Sequence record: SRR22947725_4056
Reading direction: 5' to 3' (one strand)
Length of the DNA stretch: 64,000 bases
A model generated the notes under the pieces. It was given only the letters and a program-made list of their open reading frames with translations. It was not told where the DNA came from and did no database searches. Positions 28,939-38,111 of this stretch are shown here, piece after piece. A program made the translations under genes and the position numbers. The number at the start of each line of letters is the position of its first letter. The stretch's first letter is position 1.

Positions 28939-29658
28939 TTAGGGTGCAAAAACTCCGAGGTGCGAGGCGGCATCAAGAGTCAAAGCCTCGGCTGCGCCGA
29001 ACGTGTAGTTCGTGCTGACCCATACGGCACACGTTTCTTCAGCAAGGGCGGAGGGGCAGGGTGTGGCAACGACAAAATGCGACTCCGTCACCATGAAATC
29101 TGGCGACTCCCCGGCGGCTGCCTGGTCAAGGGTCCAGAGTGTTCCGCCTCCGGTGCTGGAGCGTGCTGTATCGAGTCCATTCAGCAGGCCGGTGACAGTA
29201 TCTGTTGCATCGCCACCGATAATGGCTATCGAGGTGACAGACACGCTTTCGCTTGCTGGCAAATACCAGGTGCAAGAAATTCGCACATCGCTTCGAATGG
29301 CACTAAGGATTGCGACCAATTCGGGATTGGTTGTCCCAAAACCGACGACACCTTCGCTGGTGTCCCCCATATTGACGCGGACCTCCTCCAGCAGAGCTGC
29401 AGTCTGAACGGGCGAGTAGAGAGACTCGCAGGGCGGGACGGTGAGCCCTTCGGGCGCCACCGTGACCTCTTCCAACTCTTGCGCCTCTTCAGCGCTGCTG
29501 CCTTCTGGCGCACTGGTCTCGGAGGAGACCTCTGGGGTAGCTGCCTGGTCGGTGGTAGCGCCAAGCCCGAGTGAATCAAGAATTGAGCAACCGCCGAGCG
29601 CCACCACGAGGCCACCCAGAAGAGTGAGGGATACAACTGCTCGAGCACGTAACGCCAT
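28939..29658 (-). CDS. Hypothetical lipoprotein
   Basis: Signal peptide with lipobox LGGC, acidic linker, PPCESLY...ISCTW cysteine pattern. Confidence 0.75.
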   Translation of the reverse strand: MALRARAVVSLTLLGGLVVALGGCSILDSLGLGATTDQAATPEVSSETSAPEGSSAEEAQELEEVTVAPEGLTVPPCESLYSPVQTAALLEEVRVNMGDTSEGVVGFGTTNPELVAILSAIRSDVRISCTWYLPASESVSVTSIAIIGGDATDTVTGLLNGLDTARSSTGGGTLWTLDQAAAGESPDFMVTESHFVVATPCPSALAEETCAVWVSTNYTFGAAEALTLDAASHLGVFAP

Positions 29659-29669
29659 CGGGTTTCCTT

Positions 29670-30500
29670 TTATGTCGCCTGTTGGTGCTCAACCGGGGTT
29701 CCCGTGAGCTGGGCTATCTCCCGCCAGTATGCCGTAATCAGCTTGCTATCCCAGGCAGCGGGGTGGGTGGGCCCATTGGGTGTCAACCCATCGAAATACG
29801 TTCCGTTTGGCACACCCAGCTCGGGAGTATCCACCGCGTGAACCAGGGATGATGCCCCGGCTTCGGGGGAAATCTGCATCCATCCCGAGAGGCTCAAAAT
29901 CAACCGACCGCTGCGAGACTCTGCCCCAAAACCGCTGCGCACGTAACCGGGGTGCACCGGGTAACTTTCCAAGCCCGTGCGCTCTGCGAGCGAGCGCGCA
30001 TAGAGAATGACCCCAAGTTTGGCGGAGGCGTAGGGCCACCACCCTGCCCCATATCGGCGCTTGGCGTACCCGACATCGTTGATGGCGATCCGCCCAAATC
30101 GGGAAACGAGCGATGAGGTGTGAATAACCCGACCGCGAGTCTGCATCAGTTTGGGGACAAGTCGCTCGGTCAAAACCACTGCACCCAACACGTTGCGCTG
30201 GAGCGTTAGCTCGTGGCCGTCCGCGCTGTCTTGTCGCTGAGCAACGATGCCGCCTGCGTTATTGACAATCGCATCAATGCGTTCGTATCGGGTGTCCAGG
30301 TTCTCGGCTAGTTCGCGAACATCATCGAGGCGATCAAAGTCGCAGACAAAAGGAACACCATCGACCATTCGGGCGACTTCTTCCGTTCGCGAGGTATTGC
30401 GCCCCACGACAGCAATTCGCCAACCCCTGCGAGCAAGCTCGCGGGCCACCTCAGCACCAATTCCACCACTGGCGCCGGTAATTACTGCGGTGCGAGCCAT
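29670..30500 (-). CDS. Short-chain dehydrogenase/reductase (retinol-DH-like)
   Basis: TGASGGIG, NNAG, YASAK, HPG. Confidence 0.9.
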   Translation of the reverse strand: MARTAVITGASGGIGAEVARELARRGWRIAVVGRNTSRTEEVARMVDGVPFVCDFDRLDDVRELAENLDTRYERIDAIVNNAGGIVAQRQDSADGHELTLQRNVLGAVVLTERLVPKLMQTRGRVIHTSSLVSRFGRIAINDVGYAKRRYGAGWWPYASAKLGVILYARSLAERTGLESYPVHPGYVRSGFGAESRSGRLILSLSGWMQISPEAGASSLVHAVDTPELGVPNGTYFDGLTPNGPTHPAAWDSKLITAYWREIAQLTGTPVEHQQAT

Positions 30501-30536
30501 AAATCCTTACCCTTGTCCACGAATAGCCTGAAGAGC

Positions 30537-31325
30537 TCAGTTGCCCTCAAAAGTCGCCGGTTGTTTCGTCATGAAAGCCTGTAAACCCCGTTGCATATCG
30601 GCGGTTGCCATGAGCCGTCCGAGGCGATGGGCGAGCTCTCCGTGTTCCCGCTCACGCCCGCTGAGGGCTGCTCGAGCAGAGGCCAGGGTTTCTTGCACGG
30701 CAAGCGGCGCCTGCTGGGCAATGCGTTCAGCGATTTCTTGTGCTCGATCCATCGGGTCTTCGCCAACTACTTCGGTGACGATATTCATAGCTTGCGCCTG
30801 ATGCGCACTAAATGATTCGGCGGTGAGCAGCCACCGCATTGCCTGTGACCAACCCGCGGCCATCGGCATCCGCGTGGTGGCGCCACCAAAAGGCAAAATT
30901 CCCCGAGCTACTTCTAGTTGGGCGAAAACCGTGTCTTGGTGGGCGATCACGACGTCAGCAGCCAGGGCGAGTTCCACCCCGAGGGTGAAACAGGTTCCCT
31001 TCACTGCCACAACCACGGGTTTTGACACCTGGTGGGTGGAGATTCCCCAGGGGTCAAGACCGCCATCAGGTATGGGCAGCCCGGCGCCCGATTGAAGTGC
31101 TGGGCCCACGTCGACGAGGTCAAGACCGGCTGTGAAGTGGTCGCCGTGAGCAAACACAACCCCCACTCGAAGATCAGGATTTTTCTCCAGCTCGCCATAG
31201 GCGAGCGCTAACTGGGACAGCATCTCGGTGTCGGCGGCATTGCGCTTCTCGGGACGGTTGAGTCCGATGAGAAGGAGGTTCCCCTGTTGGTCGAGTGTGA
31301 CCTTGCGCCCGCTATGGTCTGCCAT
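30537..31325 (-). CDS. Crotonase/enoyl-CoA hydratase family protein
   Basis: NRPEKRNA, FTAGLDL, LGVELAL, EVARGILPFGG. Confidence 0.9.
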   Translation of the reverse strand: MADHSGRKVTLDQQGNLLLIGLNRPEKRNAADTEMLSQLALAYGELEKNPDLRVGVVFAHGDHFTAGLDLVDVGPALQSGAGLPIPDGGLDPWGISTHQVSKPVVVAVKGTCFTLGVELALAADVVIAHQDTVFAQLEVARGILPFGGATTRMPMAAGWSQAMRWLLTAESFSAHQAQAMNIVTEVVGEDPMDRAQEIAERIAQQAPLAVQETLASARAALSGREREHGELAHRLGRLMATADMQRGLQAFMTKQPATFEGN

Positions 31326-31342
31326 ATATCGAGCCTATCCAG

Positions 31343-33178
31343 TCACTGGCGAAGGCGCACTCGGGTTGATTCGAGCTCGGCGCTGATGCCGGCGGGGAGC
31401 CTGGGGCCAAAGGTGGAAAGAAAGGTCGCGGCCTCTTCGAGTTCTCGCTCGTGTTCCTGCGGGTCCACGTGTAGTAGCACCTCCAGCTCTCCTGCGCTCA
31501 GGGCGAGTCCGTCGATATTGAGCGCTGTGGGGAGCCAGCCCAGGGGGCTGGCGGTCGCTGACACACGCCCTTCCAAGCGGTCCACCATCCATTCGAGGAC
31601 GCGCGAGTTCTCGCCAAACCCTGGCCACACAAAGCGGCCTGCTTCGTCTTTTCTGAACCAGTTCACCTGAAAGATGCGAGGGAGTCGACCCGTTTTGCGC
31701 AAAGTGTTTCCCATTTCAAGCCAGTGACCCATGTAGTCACCCATGTTGTAGCCGCAAAATGGCAACATGGCAAAGGGATCTCGGCGGACTTTGCCGACCT
31801 CTCCTTCCGCAGCGGCAGTTTGCTCCGAGGCAATCGTGGCTCCGAGAAACACCCCGTGGTTCCAGTCTCTGGCCTCCAGAACGAGGGGAACGGTGCTGGA
31901 GCGCCGCCCCCCAAAAATGATGGCATCCACCACGACCCCTTCGGGGTCCATCCACTCTGGCGCCAGGGTGGAGCACTGTTCCAAGCCGACCGTGAAGCGA
32001 GAGTTCGGGTGGGCGGCGGGCTCGCCAAGCGCGGGGTTGAAGGGTTCACCCTTCCAGTTGGTGAGTCCTTCAGGAGCTTCGGGGGACTGGCCCTCCCACC
32101 ACACATCACCCTCAGCAGTGGTTGCGACATTGGTGAATATTGCATTTCCCCAGAGCATGTTCATGGCAACAGGGTTGGTCCCGGGACCCGTTCCTGGCGC
32201 AACACCGAAAAAACCGGCTTCGGGATTAATGGCTCGGAGTCTGCCGTCCTTACCCGGCGCCAACCAGGCAATGTCGTCCCCAAGGGTTTCCACCTTCCAG
32301 CCGGGGAGGGAAGGCTGCATCATGGCAAAGTTTGTTTTCCCGCAAGCGCTGGGGAAGGCGGCGACCATGTTGTAGGACTTTTGTTCTGGGCTCGTCACCT
32401 TGACCAGAAGCATGTGCTCGGCAAGCCAGCCTTCCTCTTTGGCCAAAACAGAGGCGATGCGCAGGGCAAAAGCTTTTTTGGGAAGGAGCGCGTTGCCGCC
32501 GTAGGCCGATCCGTAGGACCAAATTTCCCTACCTTCCGGGAAGTGAGAGATGTATTTCGTGTCGTTACACGGCCACGCAACATCCACTTGGTGGGGAGCG
32601 AGCGGTGCGCCCACCGTGTGGATACATTTGACCCAGTTGGCGCCGGAGTCGATGCGCCCCCACACTTCCTCGGTCACCCGCACCATCATGTGCAGGTTGA
32701 GCGCGACATAGGCAGAATCGGTCACCTGAACACCCATTCGCGCTAGCGGTGAGCCGAGGGGCCCCAGGGAAAAGGGCACGACATACAGTGTTCGCCCCGC
32801 CATGCTTCCCCGGGCGAGCTCCCGCAGTTTTTCTCGCATCAGCTCCGGGTCTTCCCAGTTGTTGGTCGGGCCTGCATCTGCTTCCTCGCGGGAGCAGATG
32901 TAGGTGCGAGCTTCGACTCGCGCAACGTCGCTGGGTTCACTCCGTGCCACATAAGAATTGGGCCGAAGATCAGGGTTCAACGGGTGAAGTGTCCCCTGCT
33001 CCACCAGCACGCGGGTGAGGTGCGCTGCCTCTTGCGCTGATCCATCGCACCAATGGATAGAGTCCGGTCCCATCAGCTCCACCAGAGCGTTTACCCAATC
33101 CTGGACGCCATCGCGAATGATGGGCGAGCCTGACAGGTTCGACAGAAGGGTTGGGTTCTCTTGTGTGATGGACATCAT
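31343..33178 (-). CDS. pckG: Phosphoenolpyruvate carboxykinase (GTP)
   Basis: DVARVE, AFPSACGKTN, GDDIAW, INPEAGFFGVAPG, DPFAMLPFCGY, VNWFRK. Confidence 0.96.
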   Translation of the reverse strand: MMSITQENPTLLSNLSGSPIIRDGVQDWVNALVELMGPDSIHWCDGSAQEAAHLTRVLVEQGTLHPLNPDLRPNSYVARSEPSDVARVEARTYICSREEADAGPTNNWEDPELMREKLRELARGSMAGRTLYVVPFSLGPLGSPLARMGVQVTDSAYVALNLHMMVRVTEEVWGRIDSGANWVKCIHTVGAPLAPHQVDVAWPCNDTKYISHFPEGREIWSYGSAYGGNALLPKKAFALRIASVLAKEEGWLAEHMLLVKVTSPEQKSYNMVAAFPSACGKTNFAMMQPSLPGWKVETLGDDIAWLAPGKDGRLRAINPEAGFFGVAPGTGPGTNPVAMNMLWGNAIFTNVATTAEGDVWWEGQSPEAPEGLTNWKGEPFNPALGEPAAHPNSRFTVGLEQCSTLAPEWMDPEGVVVDAIIFGGRRSSTVPLVLEARDWNHGVFLGATIASEQTAAAEGEVGKVRRDPFAMLPFCGYNMGDYMGHWLEMGNTLRKTGRLPRIFQVNWFRKDEAGRFVWPGFGENSRVLEWMVDRLEGRVSATASPLGWLPTALNIDGLALSAGELEVLLHVDPQEHERELEEAATFLSTFGPRLPAGISAELESTRVRLRQ

Positions 33179-33205
33179 TGGCTCCTAGGGAAGGTGTTTC
33201 TCCCA

Positions 33206-33274
33206 CTCTTGTCAATAAGAGGGTTAACCTATGACCAATTTGACTGTCAAAAATCCACGTTTTTGTTGTATTGT
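33206..33274. promoter_or_regulatory. AT-rich divergent promoter region with palindromes (candidate operator TTTGACTGTCAAA, 33239-33251)
   Basis: Perfect 6+1+6 palindrome, plus CTCTT-N6-AAGAG and GGTTAACC. TATTGT lies 7 nt before ATG 33282. Confidence 0.5.
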
Positions 33275-33281
33275 CGAATTT

Positions 33282-34736
33282 ATGGTGGAAATCATGGCTT
33301 TAGGCCAAAGAATGAGGCATGTTCGACAGGGTGCGGGACTCACGTTGGGAGAACTCAGCGGTCGGTTAGGGATAACCCCCAGCCACCTTTCTTTGCTCGA
33401 GACCGGCAAGCGAGAAGCCAAAGTGGGCGTGCTGACAGCGTTGTGCCAGGAACTCGGAGTCGAGATGGCACAGCTATTGGATGACTCTGCCCCGAGCGAG
33501 CGAGCTCAACTGGAGCGAGATTGGCGAGCCGCGCAACAGGGTCCGCTGTTTGCTTCCCTCGGGGTGCCGCCGCTCAAAATCACCAAATCTCTCAACGATG
33601 AGCAACTGAAGACCCTCTTGGCGCTGCACGCAGAGCTTGTTCGGCGGGAGAAACGCGCGCTGGCGACTCCTGAGGAAGCACGGCGAGCCCATACTGCGTT
33701 GCGTCGGGGGATGCGGGAGATTGACAACTACCGACCGGACCTAGAAACTCTCGCCTCTGAGCTTGTTGCCTCCATCGGTCACGACTCCATGGGAGCGCTG
33801 ACCCACCGAGAAGTAGCGATGATGGCTCAACGATTCGGGCTAGAGATTGTGCACGTCGGTGATCTGCCGCGCAGCGCTCGCAGCGTGACCGACCTGGCGA
33901 ATGGTCGAATCTATTTACCCCCCGCATCAATTCCCGGCGGTCACGGGTTGCGGTCCCTCGCCCTTCAGGCAATCGCCCATCAGGTGCTCCGACACCGTGT
34001 CCCTGAAACGTATGAAGAGTTTTTGCAACAGCGTCTGGACATTAACTACTTTGCCGCCGCTTGTCTGATGCCAGAGACCCAAGCAGTGGATTTTCTCACC
34101 CAGGCAAAGAAAGAAAAAAACCTTGCTGTGGAAGATTTCCGCGACGCCTTCGGCGTGACACACGAGGCAGCGGGGCTGCGATTGATGAATCTGGCGACGA
34201 CCCATCTGGGTCTGCCCCTTCACTTCTTGCGCGTCGGCGATGACGGAGTCATTTACAAGGCCTATGAAAACGATGGCTTGGTGCTCCCAGTGGATGTTTT
34301 CGGATCGCCCGAGGGTCAAATTGTGTGTCGTCACTGGAGCGCTCGCGAAGCCTTTGCTCGCACAAATCGCACGACCGAGTATTACCAATTCACCGACACC
34401 CCGGAAGGAACTTTTTGGGAATCTACCCAAATAGGTACCTCCGCCACGGATGAATTTTCGATCACCGTTGGAGTCACGTTTGAAGATGCCAAATGGTTCC
34501 GGGGCCGCGATACCCAGGCCAGACAAGCTTCGAGGTGTCCTGATCGTGCTTGCTGTCGAAACGCGCCGGAGGACATGCGCTCAAAATGGGCCGGGAAGGC
34601 GTGGACGAGCGCCAGGCTTCACGCGCACGTGCTCTCACCGTTGCGCGGCGGCATGTTCCCAGGCGTGGACGATGTGGAACTCTTTGAATTCCTGCAAAAC
34701 CACGAAAGTCCTGACCACATCACGCCCGAGGAGTGA
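33282..34736 (+). CDS. XRE-family HTH regulator with IrrE-like and ScfR (RamB/PrpR-like) domains
   Basis: N-terminal HTH (LGELSGRLGITPSHLSLLETGKRE), NYFAAACLMP, FGVTHEAAG, CRHW, C-terminal CPDRACC. Confidence 0.8.
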   Translation: MVEIMALGQRMRHVRQGAGLTLGELSGRLGITPSHLSLLETGKREAKVGVLTALCQELGVEMAQLLDDSAPSERAQLERDWRAAQQGPLFASLGVPPLKITKSLNDEQLKTLLALHAELVRREKRALATPEEARRAHTALRRGMREIDNYRPDLETLASELVASIGHDSMGALTHREVAMMAQRFGLEIVHVGDLPRSARSVTDLANGRIYLPPASIPGGHGLRSLALQAIAHQVLRHRVPETYEEFLQQRLDINYFAAACLMPETQAVDFLTQAKKEKNLAVEDFRDAFGVTHEAAGLRLMNLATTHLGLPLHFLRVGDDGVIYKAYENDGLVLPVDVFGSPEGQIVCRHWSAREAFARTNRTTEYYQFTDTPEGTFWESTQIGTSATDEFSITVGVTFEDAKWFRGRDTQARQASRCPDRACCRNAPEDMRSKWAGKAWTSARLHAHVLSPLRGGMFPGVDDVELFEFLQNHESPDHITPEE

Positions 34737-34800
34737 CACTCTCGCGGGAACAAATAATGGGCCCTGCCTGAAAGGTGGTGAGGCGCCCGCGAGCAGGAAG

Positions 34801-34873
34801 CGCCCCCAGCAGGATTCGAACCTGCGGCCTTCTGCTCCGGAGGCAGACGCTCTATCCCCTGAGCTATGGGGGC
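34801..34873 (-). tRNA. tRNA-Arg(CCG); CCA not encoded
   Basis: Acceptor stem GCCCCCA/TGGGGGC, anticodon arm TCTGC-CTCCGGA-GCAGA, T-loop GGTTCGAATCC. Divergent from argS. Confidence 0.97.
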
Positions 34874-34938
34874 CCAGGAACCCCCTTAGGTTACAACCTC
34901 GAGGGCTGGCAATACACCCGAGGGTAGGCTTAGCGCTT

Positions 34939-36597
34939 GTGAATCCTCAGGCGCTTGCAGATCTCATCGCTGAACTAGCGATTTCTCGACTGAAAGCGCT
35001 GGACAGTGCTGATGTCCCCGAATCTGTTGACGTTGCACTGGAGCGGCCCCGCAACAAAGACCATGGGGATTGGGCCACCTCGATTGCTTTGAAATTGGCC
35101 AAAGGCGCCGGGATGAACCCCCGGGATTTTGCCCAGGAACTAGCCCGCGACATCGATGGGTTGGAGGGTGTTGCCTCCACCGACGTGGCGGGACCAGGCT
35201 TCATCAACATCACTCTTGAAGCGGGCGCAGCGGGTGAGCTGGTATCGATTATTCTTGCCAGCGGCGAAAGCTACGGCTCCGGCAGTGCACTAGCTGGCGA
35301 CACCATCAACGTTGAGTTTGTTTCCGCCAATCCCACCGGCCCACTCCATATTGGGCACACGAGGTGGGCGGCACTGGGGGATTCTTTGGTGCGGGTGTTG
35401 CGATACGCCGGCGCTTCCGTGACCAGCGAGTTCTATATCAATGACGCCGGTTTACAGATGGACACCTTTGGTGAATCTATCCTCGCCAGCATCCTGGGGG
35501 AAGAGCCGCCAGAGACGGGATACAAGGGTTTATATATCCAGGAGCTTGCAGCGAGGGTGCTTGCTTGCGAAGAAGGCATCGCGGAGCTCCCGCGAGACGA
35601 GGCGGTTTCCCGCGCCCGTGATACCGGGTATGACCTTCAGCTTTCTGACATCAAAAAATCCTTGGAGTCTTTCGGCGTCGAATTTGGTGTGTGGTTCTCG
35701 GAACGCACCCTCCACGAAAAAGGGGCAGATGGCGTAAGTCTGATTGACGGGTCCGTGGAGCGCCTGCGCGAAGGCGGTCACGTCTTTGATGAAGAGGGCG
35801 CAATCTGGGTGCGCACTACTGACTTTGGTGACGACAAGGACCGGGTAATCCGTCGTGCCAATGGCGTCTATACCTATTTCGCGGCGGATGCCGCGTATTA
35901 CCTTTCCAAATCGGATCGTGGGTTCGCCAAAAAGATTTACCTTTTGGGCGCGGATCACCACGGTTATATTCATCGCCTGAAAGCCCTTGCGGGGGCTGCC
36001 GGAGATGACCCGGATACACATGTGGAAATTCTTATCGGGCAGCTGGTGAGCATCAACGGTGCCAAGCTTTCCAAACGCGCGGGCAACATTATCGAACTCG
36101 ATGACCTAAGGGAATGGTTGGGCGTGGATGCGCTTCGCTATTCGCTTGCCCGATACCCCGCAGACTCACCGCTGAGCTTGGACCCAGAAATCCTGACCAA
36201 ACGCAGCAACGACAACCCCGTTTTCTATGTTCAATACGCGCACGCCAGAACCCACCAGGTCGCGAGAAATGCCGAAGGCTCGGGAGTGACTACCGCCACC
36301 TTTGACCCTGCACTGCTGGGCGAACCCACCGAGGCGGCTTTGATTTCATCACTTGCGGATTTCCCCCGCGTTGTTGTGCAGGCAGCGCAACTGCGGGAAC
36401 CTCACAGGGTTGCCCGCTACCTCGAAGAAGTCGCTGCGGTGTATCACCGGTGGTATGACTCGGCCCGGGTCACCCCGCAGGGAGATAACCCAATCGAGCC
36501 GGTGCACCACACCAGGTTGTCCCTGAATAATGCCACCGGACAGGTGTTGCGAAACGGGTTGGGCCTCCTCGGCGTCAGTGCCCCCACAAGAATGTGA
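34939..36597 (+). CDS. argS: Arginine--tRNA ligase
   Basis: HGDWAT, AGPGFIN, EFVSANPTGPLHIGH, LSKRAG, YVQYAHAR. Start at GTG 34939. Confidence 0.96.
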   Translation: MNPQALADLIAELAISRLKALDSADVPESVDVALERPRNKDHGDWATSIALKLAKGAGMNPRDFAQELARDIDGLEGVASTDVAGPGFINITLEAGAAGELVSIILASGESYGSGSALAGDTINVEFVSANPTGPLHIGHTRWAALGDSLVRVLRYAGASVTSEFYINDAGLQMDTFGESILASILGEEPPETGYKGLYIQELAARVLACEEGIAELPRDEAVSRARDTGYDLQLSDIKKSLESFGVEFGVWFSERTLHEKGADGVSLIDGSVERLREGGHVFDEEGAIWVRTTDFGDDKDRVIRRANGVYTYFAADAAYYLSKSDRGFAKKIYLLGADHHGYIHRLKALAGAAGDDPDTHVEILIGQLVSINGAKLSKRAGNIIELDDLREWLGVDALRYSLARYPADSPLSLDPEILTKRSNDNPVFYVQYAHARTHQVARNAEGSGVTTATFDPALLGEPTEAALISSLADFPRVVVQAAQLREPHRVARYLEEVAAVYHRWYDSARVTPQGDNPIEPVHHTRLSLNNATGQVLRNGLGLLGVSAPTRM

Positions 36598-36698
36598 GCT
36601 CGGAGACATACTTCGCTATCCTGGGGGTGGCTTCAGGAACCAATCCAGGTTCGCTCGCCTCACACCCAACTCCCCACCCGTGAGGTTCGTGCGAGTCC

Positions 36699-38108
36699 AT
36701 GTCTAACCCGCTTTCCCCGTCCTGGCTCAGTAAGCCAGACGATGCCAACGCCCTCCGCGAGGGTGTGTGGCCGGGGAGTGCCGTGCGCAACACCGAGGGT
36801 GAACTGGTCTTTGGCGGTGTCCCAGCTTCTGAGCTGATTAGCGCCTATGGATCACCGCTCTATGTTGTTGACCAGGAAGAGCTCGAATTACGAGCGAAAC
36901 ATTTTCATAACATCGTCACACGGGCGTGTGAGCGAAACGCGACCGTGGGTCACGTTTATTACGCCTCCAAAGCCCTCATCACGGGACATGTCGTGCAGTG
37001 GGTGAGCGGGCAGGGCTTGGGCTTTGACGTTGCCAGTGGCGGCGAAATGGCAATAGCGCTTGCCGGCGGAGCCCCAGCGAGCTCACTGGAATTCCAGGGG
37101 AACAATAAATCTGAGTCAGAAATCACCGCGGCGTTGGAAGCGGGGGTGGGATGCATCGTGATTGATGCGCCGATCGAGGCAGAGCGCATCGATAGCATCG
37201 CGGGTGCGCTGGGGATGGTCGCTCCCGTTATGGTGCGCGTCAACACCGGCGTTCACGCTGACACGCACGAATATCTCGCGACGGCGCGGGAAGACCAGAA
37301 GTTTGGCCTCTCTCCCGCAGAAACCGCGAAGCTCGTAGCGGTTATTCGTGGAAGTAAAAACCTGCACTTTGAGGGTCTCCACTCCCACATTGGGTCACAG
37401 ATTTTCCAGGTCGAGGGATTCCTGGAAGCGGGAACCCGACTCATTGCGCTCTATCGAGAGCTGTTGGAGGACGGCCCGGTAGCGACGATCAACCTGGGTG
37501 GCGGTTTTGGAATTGCCTATACCGAAGCCGATGACCCGATGGAGCTTGGAGCGATGATGGACCAGATTGTGGATCACGTTGCTTTCGAAGCTTCGAAATA
37601 TGGCATCCCTTTGCCTGTCCTGGCTTTTGAGCCCGGGCGAGTAATCGCTGGTCCTGCAGGAGTCACACTGTATTCCGTGGGTGTCACGAAGCCGGTCGTG
37701 GTTCACGATGACCAGGGGAGCGAAGCCACCCGGTTGTATGTGAGTGTCGATGGCGGAATGAGCGATAACGCGCGACCAGCGCTGTATCACGCCAGCTACA
37801 GTGCTCGGATTGCTTCTCGTGAATCTGAGGCGGAACCGGCCCTCGTGCGGGTGGTGGGCAAACACTGCGAAAGCGGTGACATCGTTGTTTCGGAGGAGTA
37901 TCTCCCCGGAGATGTTGCCCCCGGTGATTTGCTGGCCGTCCCAACGACGGGGTCGTATTGCTATTCACTTTCGAGTAATTACAACGCTCTGGGACGGCCC
38001 CCCATGATTGGGGTTCGGGACGGGCGCCATTTCTTGATGGTCGCGGGGGAAAGCATTGATGACGTGTTGGCAAGGGATCAAGGATTCTCTGTGAAGGCTG
38101 GGAGCTAA
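36699..38108 (+). CDS. lysA: Diaminopimelate decarboxylase
   Basis: YASKA, HSHIGSQI, NLGGGFG, EPGR, HCESGD. Confidence 0.96.
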   Translation: MSNPLSPSWLSKPDDANALREGVWPGSAVRNTEGELVFGGVPASELISAYGSPLYVVDQEELELRAKHFHNIVTRACERNATVGHVYYASKALITGHVVQWVSGQGLGFDVASGGEMAIALAGGAPASSLEFQGNNKSESEITAALEAGVGCIVIDAPIEAERIDSIAGALGMVAPVMVRVNTGVHADTHEYLATAREDQKFGLSPAETAKLVAVIRGSKNLHFEGLHSHIGSQIFQVEGFLEAGTRLIALYRELLEDGPVATINLGGGFGIAYTEADDPMELGAMMDQIVDHVAFEASKYGIPLPVLAFEPGRVIAGPAGVTLYSVGVTKPVVVHDDQGSEATRLYVSVDGGMSDNARPALYHASYSARIASRESEAEPALVRVVGKHCESGDIVVSEEYLPGDVAPGDLLAVPTTGSYCYSLSSNYNALGRPPMIGVRDGRHFLMVAGESIDDVLARDQGFSVKAGS

Positions 38109-38111
38109 AGA

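Noticed and set aside
34737-34800. Island integrated at the tRNA-Arg 3' end
   Set aside because: No att-like repeat or mobility gene. The flank runs directly into a metabolic regulator.
34450-34938. Apparent 163-aa N-terminal extension of ArgS in the ORF track
   Set aside because: It runs through the regulator 3' end and antisense across tRNA-Arg. ArgS homology begins at GTG 34939.
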